A stretch of 64,000 nucleotides of DNA from Candidatus Latescibacterota bacterium. Lineage in GTDB: Bacteria > Latescibacterota > UBA2968 > UBA8231. Shown here in pieces: positions 10,600 through 19,385 of the stretch. Every line of letters starts with the position of its first letter. Positions within the stretch are counted from its first letter, which is position 1. The position numbers and the translations under genes were made by a program. Below the pieces are notes generated by a model. That model saw only the letters and a list, made by a program, of their open reading frames with translations. It made no database searches and was not told the origin of the DNA. Where the stretch lies: NCBI GenBank assembly GCA_965204725.1, contig OZ242005.1:4672001-4736000 (forward strand), read 5' to 3'.

Positions 10600-11256
10600 T
10601 TAGACGTCCTCTTCAGCAGGCAGGGAAAGGGCCGGGGGCACGACGACGCCCGCCGAGACGATCATCTTCAGGGCCTCTTCGACGCCGAGTTCGGTGGGAC
10701 GCAACTGTTCGGGCGGCACGATGAGCATAAAGCCGGTTGTGGGATTGGGCGCCGTGGGGACGAAGATGCTGTGCGCTGGCACTGCTTCGGCCTCGCGGGG
10801 GACATCGCCGGCCAAAAAGCCCAAGGTCCACAGCCCGGTGCGCGGATATTCGACGAGCACGACTTTCTCAAAGCCGGCCTTGCTTGGAGAGGTCAGCGTC
10901 TCCATGAGCTGCTGCACGGGCGCGTAGATCGTGCGCACCAACGGCAGGCCCTCTAACGCTCCGCGTCCGTATCGCAATAGGCTGCGCCCCACTACGTTGG
11001 CAGCGAATGCGCCGACGATCCAGAGAATGACGAAGGTCAGCACAAAGCCCAAGCCGGGGATGTGGAATTCGGGATAGCCCAACGGCTTGGCCATTTGGCG
11101 AATCAACGGCGCGGAGAAGCCGTCGGCCCAGTTGAACAGCGTCTTGAGTACCCAGCCGGTGACCCACAGGGGCGCGATGATCGTCAGACCGGCCATGATC
11201 GTGCGCCGAAGCCGCTGTAGCCGAGTAGTGCTCTGGCGCAGGGGCGTCTCACTCAT
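10600..11256 (-). CDS. DUF502 family membrane protein
   Basis: VVLVEYPR...FVPTAPNPTTGF...ALKMIVSAG signature. Confidence 0.9.
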   Translation of the reverse strand: MSETPLRQSTTRLQRLRRTIMAGLTIIAPLWVTGWVLKTLFNWADGFSAPLIRQMAKPLGYPEFHIPGLGFVLTFVILWIVGAFAANVVGRSLLRYGRGALEGLPLVRTIYAPVQQLMETLTSPSKAGFEKVVLVEYPRTGLWTLGFLAGDVPREAEAVPAHSIFVPTAPNPTTGFMLIVPPEQLRPTELGVEEALKMIVSAGVVVPPALSLPAEEDV

Positions 11257-11377
11257 AGCGCGATTTATCCATGTACATTGGCATTTTTTGAATATCCAAC
11301 CGGGTCAAATTACTGTCAACAACGGATGCCCTTGCTCAGGGCTTACGCTTTTTGCGCGATGGCTTATTTTATCCTTT

Positions 11378-12052
11378 ATGACAACGACAGCAATTCTATT
11401 CAGCGGCGGCATGGACTCGACCACCTTGCTCTGGTGGCTGAAGGAGCGGCAACAAGACCCCATCCACGCCATTAGCATTGACTATGGCCAGCGCCACCGC
11501 GTCGAGCTCGAATGCGCCACCCGCCTCGCCCGCTGCGCCGAGGTCGCGTCCCACGAGATGCTCGCGTTGGATTCGGCGGCCCTAGGCGGCAATCCGCTGA
11601 CCGACCTCACGCTGGACGTGCCCACCGCTGAGTCCAAACGCCAACGCGACACCATCGTTCCCTTCCGCAACATGCTCTTTGCAACGCTAGCGGCGGCCTA
11701 TTGTGTAACCAAGGGCATTGTCGATCTGTATATGGCGCCGGTCAAAGACGACTACGCGGCCTATCGAGACTGCCGTCGCCCCTTTTTCGATAATCTCGAA
11801 CAGAGCCTGCGCTTGGGAGCGGCCCACGACGCGCCTTGGGCGATCCACACGCCCTTTGTCAAGCTGCGGAAGCGAGACATCGTTGCCATCGGGCTCCAGC
11901 TCGGCGTTCCCTACGGGGAAACTCACACCTGCTATGAGGGCGTCCGGCCAGCCTGCGGCTTGTGCGACGCCTGCTGCGAGCGGCTCGCGGCCTTTGCGGC
12001 GATCCGCGCCAGCGACCCCCTAGAATACGTTGCTGGCGAGCAGACGCCGTGA
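11378..12052 (+). CDS. queC: 7-cyano-7-deazaguanine synthase
   Basis: SGGMDS PP-loop, YGQRH, VPFRN, YRDCR, C-terminal CYEG...CGLCDAC; start refined to ATG 11378. Confidence 0.95.
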   Translation: MTTTAILFSGGMDSTTLLWWLKERQQDPIHAISIDYGQRHRVELECATRLARCAEVASHEMLALDSAALGGNPLTDLTLDVPTAESKRQRDTIVPFRNMLFATLAAAYCVTKGIVDLYMAPVKDDYAAYRDCRRPFFDNLEQSLRLGAAHDAPWAIHTPFVKLRKRDIVAIGLQLGVPYGETHTCYEGVRPACGLCDACCERLAAFAAIRASDPLEYVAGEQTP

Positions 12053-12687
12053 CCAACCAGTCGGAGCCTGCCGAAGAGCGCGTCGATCGCTTGCCGGTAT
12101 GGAGCGACTCGGGGCGCGTCTTGCAGGTCAACGACATATTCTACTCGATTGAGGGCGAGGGGCTGCGCGTCGGCGAGCCGACCACTTTTGTGCGCTTGGC
12201 GCGCTGCAATCTGCGCTGCCCATTCTGCGACACCGAGTTTGACCGCTTCACTCCAATGGACATCGAGGACATTGCCGCCGAGGTGGCGCGCCATCCGGCC
12301 GAATGGGTGTGCTTGACCGGCGGCGAGCCTTTGGGCCAAAACCTCGCGGTGCTGGTCGGTCGGCTCAAAGAAGCGGGCTACAAGCTCCACGTTGAGACCA
12401 ACGGCACTATCGCGCCCGATCCGGCGCTGTTCGAGCTAATTGACCATTGGACCGTGTCGCCTAAGTGCTACCCGGTCGTCGCTGGTTTTGGGCGCATTAC
12501 CGAGCTCAAATACGTCGTCGGCCGGGCTTTCCGCGAGGAGCGCGTCGAGGAGCAACTCGCCGACTACGTCTATTTGCAGCCCGAATCCTCTGAGCCGCGC
12601 TACGTGCAGAAGGCCCTCGACATACTCAAGCGCCATCCGCGCTGGCGCCTCTCCACCCGCATCCACAAGACGCTCGGCCTGCCTTGA
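12049..12687 (+). CDS. queE: 7-carboxy-7-deazaguanine synthase (radical SAM)
   Basis: IFYSIEGEG, CNLRCPFCDT, TGGEP, ETNGT, TVSPK, LQP; GTG start overlaps the queC stop. Confidence 0.93.
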   Translation: MTNQSEPAEERVDRLPVWSDSGRVLQVNDIFYSIEGEGLRVGEPTTFVRLARCNLRCPFCDTEFDRFTPMDIEDIAAEVARHPAEWVCLTGGEPLGQNLAVLVGRLKEAGYKLHVETNGTIAPDPALFELIDHWTVSPKCYPVVAGFGRITELKYVVGRAFREERVEEQLADYVYLQPESSEPRYVQKALDILKRHPRWRLSTRIHKTLGLP

Positions 12688-12733
12688 GAAGATGCCCCCA
12701 CTTGATTCCCGCTTTCGCCGGAAAGGAGCTCCC

Positions 12734-13597
12734 ATGCCCAACGTAGCCGAAATTTACAAGTTCGACGAGCTTACTTGGCCCGAAGTCAACCAAGCCGTAG
12801 CCATGGGCAAAATTCCCATCATACCCACCGGCTCGGTTGAACAACACGGCCACCACCTCCCGCTCAAGGTGGATCACCTCTGCGCCAACGCGGTGGCGAC
12901 CGAAGCCGCTCGTTTAAGGCCCGAGCTCGCCCTCGTCCTGCCGCCGGTGAGCTACGGCTATGTCCACCACGTGATGGACTTCCCGGGTTCGCTCAACATC
13001 CACCACGAGCACTTCGTCCAATACGTCCTCGACATCACCAAGAGCTTGGCCTATCACGGCTTCAAGAAGATGATTCTCGTCAATGGCCACGGTTCCAACC
13101 ACAACCTCGTGGACATGGTCGCTCGGCGCACCATCGTCGAGACCGACGCGAGCTGCACGTTTTGCTCGTGGTGGCATCTGCTCCGGGTCCATCCCGGCTT
13201 CGACGAAAAATGGCGAGAGAGCGTGTATCCGGGGGGCTGTTCGCACGCCGGTGAGTTGGAAACCTCAATGATGCTGTATCTCGCGCCGGAGAGCGTGCGC
13301 CAAGACAAGATCAAGAGCGAGATCGCCAAGACGAACCAGCTCGGCTCCAAGTTTGTGTACACCGACCTGTTCGGGCACGGGCCGATGGGCTTGATCGAAT
13401 GGACGAGTCAGTATTCGGACAGCGGGGTGATGGGCGAGGCAGAGAAGGCCACGGCTGAGAAGGGCAAAATCGTCTTTGAGGAGGCGAGCCAAAACTTGGC
13501 CGAATTTGTCGAGGAATACCACGCGATGAAAATTGAGCCGCGCACTCGGCGACAGGACCAAGCGCCGACCATTCCGCTGTCGTTTGCGACGGATTAG
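12734..13597 (+). CDS. Creatininase/MftE family amidohydrolase
   Basis: GSVEQHGHHLP-D, NGHGSN, HAGELETS; AAAGGAG RBS before ATG 12734. Confidence 0.92.
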   Translation: MPNVAEIYKFDELTWPEVNQAVAMGKIPIIPTGSVEQHGHHLPLKVDHLCANAVATEAARLRPELALVLPPVSYGYVHHVMDFPGSLNIHHEHFVQYVLDITKSLAYHGFKKMILVNGHGSNHNLVDMVARRTIVETDASCTFCSWWHLLRVHPGFDEKWRESVYPGGCSHAGELETSMMLYLAPESVRQDKIKSEIAKTNQLGSKFVYTDLFGHGPMGLIEWTSQYSDSGVMGEAEKATAEKGKIVFEEASQNLAEFVEEYHAMKIEPRTRRQDQAPTIPLSFATD

Positions 13598-13647
13598 AAT
13601 GCAATCTGTCAGATGTCCGTTGCGTAGCGCATACATGGAGACACGAC

Positions 13648-13917
13648 GTGATGAAGAGAACATTGACCATTGACTACGGCGATGAGGTCCTACTGGCCTT
13701 GGGATGTTCACCCAAGCAATTCAGTGAAGAGGCCAAGCTCCTCGTCGCCATCAAGCTCTACGAGTTGGGACGGCTGTCCTCGGGGGCGGCAGCCAAGTTA
13801 GCCGACATACCCAAGCCCTTGTTCCTAACGAAGCTAGCCGACTATGGCGTCGATTCCTTCCAACTGACCGAGGAAGACCTCCAACAGGACTTGGCTAGTG
13901 CCCGACGTCATCTGTAA
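13648..13917 (+). CDS. UPF0175 family antitoxin-like protein
   Basis: AIKLYELGRLSSGAAAKLA motif; overlaps the downstream PIN gene. Confidence 0.85.
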   Translation: MMKRTLTIDYGDEVLLALGCSPKQFSEEAKLLVAIKLYELGRLSSGAAAKLADIPKPLFLTKLADYGVDSFQLTEEDLQQDLASARRHL

Positions 13918-14386
13918 TACTTCTCCGCTCCAGTACCTACACCAAGCAGGCGTGTTGGAACTTCTGCCGGCACTCGCCGGACAAGTGTACGTCCCGGAAG
14001 CAGTGGTAGTAGAGCTGCGAGAGGGGCAGCGTCGGAATATACTTCTGCCTACGCTGGAGGAGTTTGCTTGGCTGACCGTGCGGCCGGTGCGAGACCGGAC
14101 ACTGCTACCGCTGGTCACGCATCTTGGGGATGGCGAGAAGGAAGTGCTTGCCTTGGGACTGGAAACAGAGGATGCCCTGCTGATCCTCGATGATAGAGAC
14201 GCACGGCGGTATGCGCGAGCACTGGAGTTGGAGATATCCGGCACCCTCGGCCTCTTGTTGCAGGCCAAGGAGCGCGGCATTCTCGATGCGGTCCGGCCCG
14301 TTTTGGATCGTCTTCAAGGACTGGGGTTCCGGCTGAACGCTAGGACGCGCCAGATGGTGCTGAAGTGTGCCAACGAGACGATGTGA
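13898..14386 (+). CDS. DUF3368 PIN-domain protein (putative toxin)
   Basis: NTSPL, LGDGEKE, LDDRDAR, GTLGLL motifs. Confidence 0.85.
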   Translation: MPDVICNTSPLQYLHQAGVLELLPALAGQVYVPEAVVVELREGQRRNILLPTLEEFAWLTVRPVRDRTLLPLVTHLGDGEKEVLALGLETEDALLILDDRDARRYARALELEISGTLGLLLQAKERGILDAVRPVLDRLQGLGFRLNARTRQMVLKCANETM

Positions 14387-14452
14387 GAAGAGGCAGCACA
14401 TCATCCGCCGGTAAAACAAAGAGCTGACGTTTTTGCTGTCGTTTCCGACGGA

Positions 14453-15565
14453 TTAGGGGAAAGGATAGGTCATCGCACTTTCGAGCAGTGATTTTACTCG
14501 AGCCGCGACATCGTGTGGAGAGGCGTGGTAAGAAAGGTCAGCAGATAGGTCTAGTCGATACCTACGTTGTTGTTCTTCCACTTCTTTCCAATAATTACGT
14601 TCTTGCGTTGTCTCTAGCCAAGGTCTTAATCGTTGGAAATCTCCTTCTCTAGGAAAGACATCAATACCCCATCCCTCTGGGGAGATATAGGTATCTATAG
14701 CAATGATAAAACCGTCTTTAATCTCTATATTATGCACCAAAGTGTCGAAAAACGTGTGAGATTCCCGATACAAAAAACCAGTGATTGGCCGGCTTTGACC
14801 TTGTAAATTAGATATATCTAAAGCTCCCCTGAGTTTCTTGACAAGACCACGCATCTCTTTCTTTAGTGTCTCGGCTTCCTTCCACAGGGCTTCGACATCC
14901 TCCCTGTTGTTCTTAATGAAATCTAGCTTTTCTGGATTCACGGCACTGCCCTCCTTCAGGTGTTTTACAGTTTCAATCATTTCCATTACGAATTTCAGAT
15001 ATCGATCTTTTGACCCTATGAGAGTAGGGCCGATTCGCCGCAGTATCTCGCCAAAGTACTCTTGATAGGTAATGGGCTTAAAGCCGAATAATTCGTTATC
15101 GTCATTCGGCAAATTTAATCCGAGAAGGATCTTGCAGATACGCCGCCTGTGGCCGTTGGCTTTGGCTTGTTTGGTAAGATGCTGCCCGTAATCTTCCAAG
15201 TCGTTGTGAAGATGGTGGTATATCTTGTTTTCTATGCCGACAATGAGCGTGTCCGTAGAAATCACCAGATCGATTCGCTTACGGGTTCCAGTGATTTCTT
15301 CTCTGTTGACCTCTACCGCTTCACCGTCTTTTATCGCCATCTCCTCCTTATCGTATTCAGCGACAGACAGCAGCGATTCAAGAAAAATTGGCCCGAAGCC
15401 GTGTTCGCATCCGGGATCGAGGAAAAAGGCCAGTATATTGCTGTAAACATCTTCCAGATGGGGATAGCCTGATATTTCCAAGGTGGTAGGATCGCGTTGA
15501 AGCGTTGGAGGCAACTTCTTAAATGCGGCAAGCAATGCCTTAAATTGATCTATCGTCGCAGTCAT
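14453..15565 (-). CDS. PD-(D/E)XK nuclease family protein (PDDEXK_4-like)
   Basis: EDVYSNILAFFLDP..HGFG..FL and RE...RIDLVI...IENKI motifs; visibly lower GC; start refined to ATG 15565. Confidence 0.85.
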   Translation of the reverse strand: MTATIDQFKALLAAFKKLPPTLQRDPTTLEISGYPHLEDVYSNILAFFLDPGCEHGFGPIFLESLLSVAEYDKEEMAIKDGEAVEVNREEITGTRKRIDLVISTDTLIVGIENKIYHHLHNDLEDYGQHLTKQAKANGHRRRICKILLGLNLPNDDNELFGFKPITYQEYFGEILRRIGPTLIGSKDRYLKFVMEMIETVKHLKEGSAVNPEKLDFIKNNREDVEALWKEAETLKKEMRGLVKKLRGALDISNLQGQSRPITGFLYRESHTFFDTLVHNIEIKDGFIIAIDTYISPEGWGIDVFPREGDFQRLRPWLETTQERNYWKEVEEQQRRYRLDLSADLSYHASPHDVAARVKSLLESAMTYPFP

Positions 15566-15955
15566 TGCCGACTGATCCTTTGAGTGGATTCGACCGTAAA
15601 CGGCGCACAAATGTAAGGCAGCCCGCATGACGGTCAAGTCTTGAGCTAGCCCGAGCCCTCTTGTTACGCCTCTTTTGGTCCTTCGATAACAGTGAGAATC
15701 TCTTTCCGTAACTCCCCAAGCCCAGTCAGGAGCGTCCGGCTAGCCGGCTAGAGTGTGAGTATCCCGTGCTCCTTCCGGCTTACCGATGTCGGTTTCGCCC
15801 GGCTGTTGTCGAGTTCCAAGCCATCATCGTTTGGGCATATAGGCAACCCCAAATCGATTTCCCGACCCTCATTCGTCCCGATCACAAGGGTCTGTTCAGC
15901 TATCGACCGGAAGGGTTTTTCTCGATGCGGCCGACGGACTAGGGAGCGGAGAAGG

Positions 15956-16477
15956 TTATTCCGGCAGGGGGAAAGGATCGATCTGGGCGCTTTTGATCAG
16001 GCGGCGCAACTGATCGGCGACTTCGCTGGGCTCGGCGTTATACGGAAAAGTGCGAGGCCCCGCTTGCGCTTCATACCAAGAAATGGCCCGTTGATTATTT
16101 TGTTCTGACGGGCGATTCCATAACTTTCTCGCGTAAACTCTGAATCGCCACCCCTTGGGAGCAAGGATGGCCTCTATAACGAGGTAAAAGTTTTCGTCAA
16201 TCTGTACTTCATGCTCACAAATGCCGTGAAGCTTATACGCCGGTACCCAGCTAGTAAATCGGACTTTCCGATCTTGCTCTGGAGACTCAAGGTCGCCCAA
16301 AGCCTCAGCGACCCTATCGATGCGTTCACACGTGTCCATCTTTATCGCTTCTATTTTCGACAACAGGAACTGGATGTCTTCCTCGTTGCTTTGAAAAAAA
16401 GATAACATTTCTGAACTCACGAACCTGCGCTCTTCTAGGCGTTTTGCAGCCTCAAGCACTTCCATTGCGGATTCCAT
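15956..16477 (-). CDS. Hypothetical protein homologous to the C-terminal half of the adjacent PD-(D/E)XK nuclease
   Basis: AAAGGAG RBS; aligns by eye to the last ~170 residues of the nuclease (see findings). Confidence 0.75.
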   Translation of the reverse strand: MESAMEVLEAAKRLEERRFVSSEMLSFFQSNEEDIQFLLSKIEAIKMDTCERIDRVAEALGDLESPEQDRKVRFTSWVPAYKLHGICEHEVQIDENFYLVIEAILAPKGWRFRVYARKLWNRPSEQNNQRAISWYEAQAGPRTFPYNAEPSEVADQLRRLIKSAQIDPFPLPE

Positions 16478-16539
16478 AAAAAACTCCTTTTGGAAACGTA
16501 GTCTTGCGTTACTAGTTCAGGCGACACCAGCGGCCCGCC

Positions 16540-17106
16540 TCAAGCTAGCGGTTGCAGCCGCCCTTCTTTCGCCTCGTAGCCTGCGCCACATTCCCCACAG
16601 ACCAGATCATTGCCTAGCGTGACGCCGCAACGGCAGGCCCAGCCCGTCTGCCGCCCCGGTACGCCGGTTATCAGGGAGTAGGCCGGCACGTCGCGGGTTA
16701 CGACCGCGCCGGCGCCAACGAGGGCGTACTCGCCGATTTCGACGCCGCAGACAATGGTTGAGTTGGCTCCCAGCGAAGCGCCCTTTCGCACCCGCGTCTC
16801 TTGGAATTCGCGGCGGCGGTCGATAAAGGCGCGGGGATTGACGACGTTGGTGAATACCATGGACGGGCCGCAGAAGACCGCGTCTTCGAGCGTGACTCCC
16901 TTGTAGATCGAGACGTTGTTCTGTATCTTGCAGCCGTCGCCGATTACCACGCCGCGGTCGATATAGACGTTCTGGCCGAGATTGCAGTTTTGACCAATGT
17001 GCGCCCCGGGCATTAGGTGGCAGAAATGCCATATATGGGTCCCCGCGCCAATGGCAACCGGCTCATCGACGCACGCGCTGGGATGGACGAAGTATTCTTT
17101 TGCCAT
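16540..17106 (-). CDS. WbpD/WlbB-like hexapeptide-repeat N-acetyltransferase
   Basis: HIWHFCH, KIQNNVSIY, FCGPSMVFTNVVNPR and a C-terminal Cys knuckle. Confidence 0.9.
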   Translation of the reverse strand: MAKEYFVHPSACVDEPVAIGAGTHIWHFCHLMPGAHIGQNCNLGQNVYIDRGVVIGDGCKIQNNVSIYKGVTLEDAVFCGPSMVFTNVVNPRAFIDRRREFQETRVRKGASLGANSTIVCGVEIGEYALVGAGAVVTRDVPAYSLITGVPGRQTGWACRCGVTLGNDLVCGECGAGYEAKEGRLQPLA

Positions 17107-17195
17107 GACGATTGAATATAAATTGTCCCTATCTATTTACCAATGCACCGGTCATTTGGTCGGCGCATAAACCCTTATTCATAACGGAGGAAACC

Positions 17196-18155
17196 GTGAA
17201 ACTGGTCACGTACTCTGCCGCTGGCGAACAATTCGTCGGGGCCGTCGTAGCCGACGACTCCGTGGTCGTGGACCTCAGAGCCGCCGACCGCGCCTTGGCC
17301 CGCCAAGAAAAGCGCAAAATACATCCCTTCTTTACCGATATGCTGACCCTGCTCTCGGCGGGTGCCAAGGGCCTGCGTGCCGCCAAACAGGCCGCCGCGT
17401 ACGCCGAGGGCAAGGAACCCAACGGCAAGACCATCCACGCCCTCAACCAAGTCCGCCTCCGCGCTCCAATACCCAACCCGCGCAAGGTCTTCTGCTTGGC
17501 CGGCAACTACCAAGACCACATCGAAGAGGGCGGCGGCAAAATGGAGGCCCAAGACAAGGAAACCCCGCGCGTCTTTATGAAGCCGCCGACGACTACGGTC
17601 ATTGGCCCCGGCGACCGCATTCTCATTCCCCCGATTGCCAACAGCATCGATTGGGAAGGCGAGTTGGCCGTGGTCATCGGCCGCAAGGCCAAGGGCGTCA
17701 AAGCCGAGGACGCGCTCAAATACGTGGCCGGTTACACCGTTATGAACGATGTGTCCGAGCGCGAGTTGGTTATCAAGAAGCGCACCGATAGCCGCCCGCG
17801 CGACGAGTGGTTCGACTGGCTCAATGGCAAATGGCTCGACACCTTTGCCCCGCAGGGACCTTGGATCGTCACCCGCGACGACATTCCCGATCCGCAAGTC
17901 CTCGACATCAGCACGTACATCAACGGCGAGCGCAAGCAACACAACAACACCGGCCAGATGCTCTACCCGGTTGACAAGATCATCGAGTACATCTCGGCGA
18001 TTATTACCTTAGAGCCGGGCGACCTGATCAGCACCGGCACCGTATCGGGCGTCGGCGCGACCACCGGCACCTTTATGAAAAAGGGCGACAAAGTCGAAAT
18101 CGAGATCTCTGGGATCGGCGTCCTCAAAAACTCGGTCGCGGCTAGCAAGAAATAG
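17196..18155 (+). CDS. Fumarylacetoacetate hydrolase family protein
   Basis: NYQDH, DWEGELAVVIG, NDVSER, GKWLDTFAP, LEPGDLISTGT; GGAGG RBS before GTG 17196. Confidence 0.93.
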   Translation: MKLVTYSAAGEQFVGAVVADDSVVVDLRAADRALARQEKRKIHPFFTDMLTLLSAGAKGLRAAKQAAAYAEGKEPNGKTIHALNQVRLRAPIPNPRKVFCLAGNYQDHIEEGGGKMEAQDKETPRVFMKPPTTTVIGPGDRILIPPIANSIDWEGELAVVIGRKAKGVKAEDALKYVAGYTVMNDVSERELVIKKRTDSRPRDEWFDWLNGKWLDTFAPQGPWIVTRDDIPDPQVLDISTYINGERKQHNNTGQMLYPVDKIIEYISAIITLEPGDLISTGTVSGVGATTGTFMKKGDKVEIEISGIGVLKNSVAASKK

Positions 18156-18158
18156 CCC

Positions 18159-19376
18159 TTGGACGCAGCATCCGCGACCGCGCGCGAGGAAGGCGGGTTG
18201 CTCAGCCGCGCCTTCCTCGCCCTTTGTTTGATTTACCTGCTCGATAGCTTCCTCTCCGCTCCCTTCCAAGCACTCTTTCCCGTTTATATCGAAGCCGACT
18301 TGGCGCGGCCCCCGTGGTTTACCGGCTACCTGCGCGGGCTGATGCTGCTCCTAGGCGGGATATTTGCCGTTGTGGCCGGTCGGCTCTGCGACCGCTTTGG
18401 CCGCAAGCCTACCCTGATGATCGGCCTCGTCGGCAGCGTGCTCACCGGCTTGGTTTTCCGCACCGCAGACCCGTGGGGGCTCTCGTGCTTGGTCTTGGCC
18501 ATGGGCGCGGCCAGCGGCCCTTGGTCCACCGCCGGCCAGAGCATCCTCATCGCCGCCGTCACCCCCGCTCGACTCGGTTTGGGCAGTGCCCTCTACTTTC
18601 TCAGCAATACGCTCGGCAGCGCGCTCGGCAACCTCTGTACCGGCTTGGTTAAGACCGCCTATTCCTTCGCCCAGATCGGCGCCGCCATGAGCATCGGCAT
18701 GGTCGCGGTAATCGCCCTAGCGCTGGTGCTATTGCCCAACGACGCACCCGCCCCCACCGCGGCCCAGACAGCGCGCCTCAATACGTGGGCGGCCTACCGC
18801 CCGCTTTTGGGCCGCGGCAATGTTCACCTCCTCCTTAGCCTGCGCCTGACCATCACCACCTTCTGGGGCATGGCGACGCTGGCACTGCCGCTGTTGATCT
18901 ACCGAGTAGGCCAGAGCGAGGCCCTCCCCGCGTACTTTGCCGCCGCTTCGCTGGTCGCGGCCGCTTGTTGCCAGCTCGGCGTCGGCTATCTCAACGACCG
19001 CTTGGGCCGCACCACACCGCTTATCGGCTCGGCGGCCGGCGTCTTCCTCAGCGCCTTGGGCCTTTGTTTTTTGCACGATTCCCTCGTCGGCCTCTTTGCC
19101 TGCGGCACTGCCCTCACGGCCACGGCTTGGGCCGTCTCGACGCTGATCCCCCGGCTCATCAACGACATCGCCGCTTCCGAAGAAAAAAACCGCCTCGTCG
19201 GCTTGGGCCATCTCGCTTGGAGCGGCTCGATGGTGGTCGGCAGCCTAATCGGCGGCTACCTGATCGAGATAAATGCCGCCCTGCCCTTCTATGTTGGCGC
19301 GGCCCTGAGTGCTCTCGGTGCTCTCGGTGCCTTGGGCCTCTGCCGCCGTCTGGACGACGCCGGGGTTACAGCTTAG
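18159..19376 (+). CDS. MFS transporter
   Basis: About 12 hydrophobic segments; GRLCDRFGRK and GYLNDRLGR motif A. Confidence 0.9.
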   Translation: MDAASATAREEGGLLSRAFLALCLIYLLDSFLSAPFQALFPVYIEADLARPPWFTGYLRGLMLLLGGIFAVVAGRLCDRFGRKPTLMIGLVGSVLTGLVFRTADPWGLSCLVLAMGAASGPWSTAGQSILIAAVTPARLGLGSALYFLSNTLGSALGNLCTGLVKTAYSFAQIGAAMSIGMVAVIALALVLLPNDAPAPTAAQTARLNTWAAYRPLLGRGNVHLLLSLRLTITTFWGMATLALPLLIYRVGQSEALPAYFAAASLVAAACCQLGVGYLNDRLGRTTPLIGSAAGVFLSALGLCFLHDSLVGLFACGTALTATAWAVSTLIPRLINDIAASEEKNRLVGLGHLAWSGSMVVGSLIGGYLIEINAALPFYVGAALSALGALGALGLCRRLDDAGVTA

Positions 19377-19385
19377 ACTAGGCGG

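Noticed and set aside
11257-11377. Possible preQ1 riboswitch upstream of queC
   Set aside because: No preQ1-I stem with A-rich tail or other recognisable aptamer; looks like a plain divergent promoter region.
11378-15565. queCE plus nuclease as a Dpd or QatABCD-type defence system
   Set aside because: QueC and QueE are canonical in size and motifs, there is no dpdA/TGT, ATPase or TatD partner, and the nuclease is on the opposite strand.
19307-19332. Short tandem GTGCTCTCG repeat in the MFS gene
   Set aside because: Only about 2.5 in-frame copies encoding ALG repeats in a TM helix; unremarkable.
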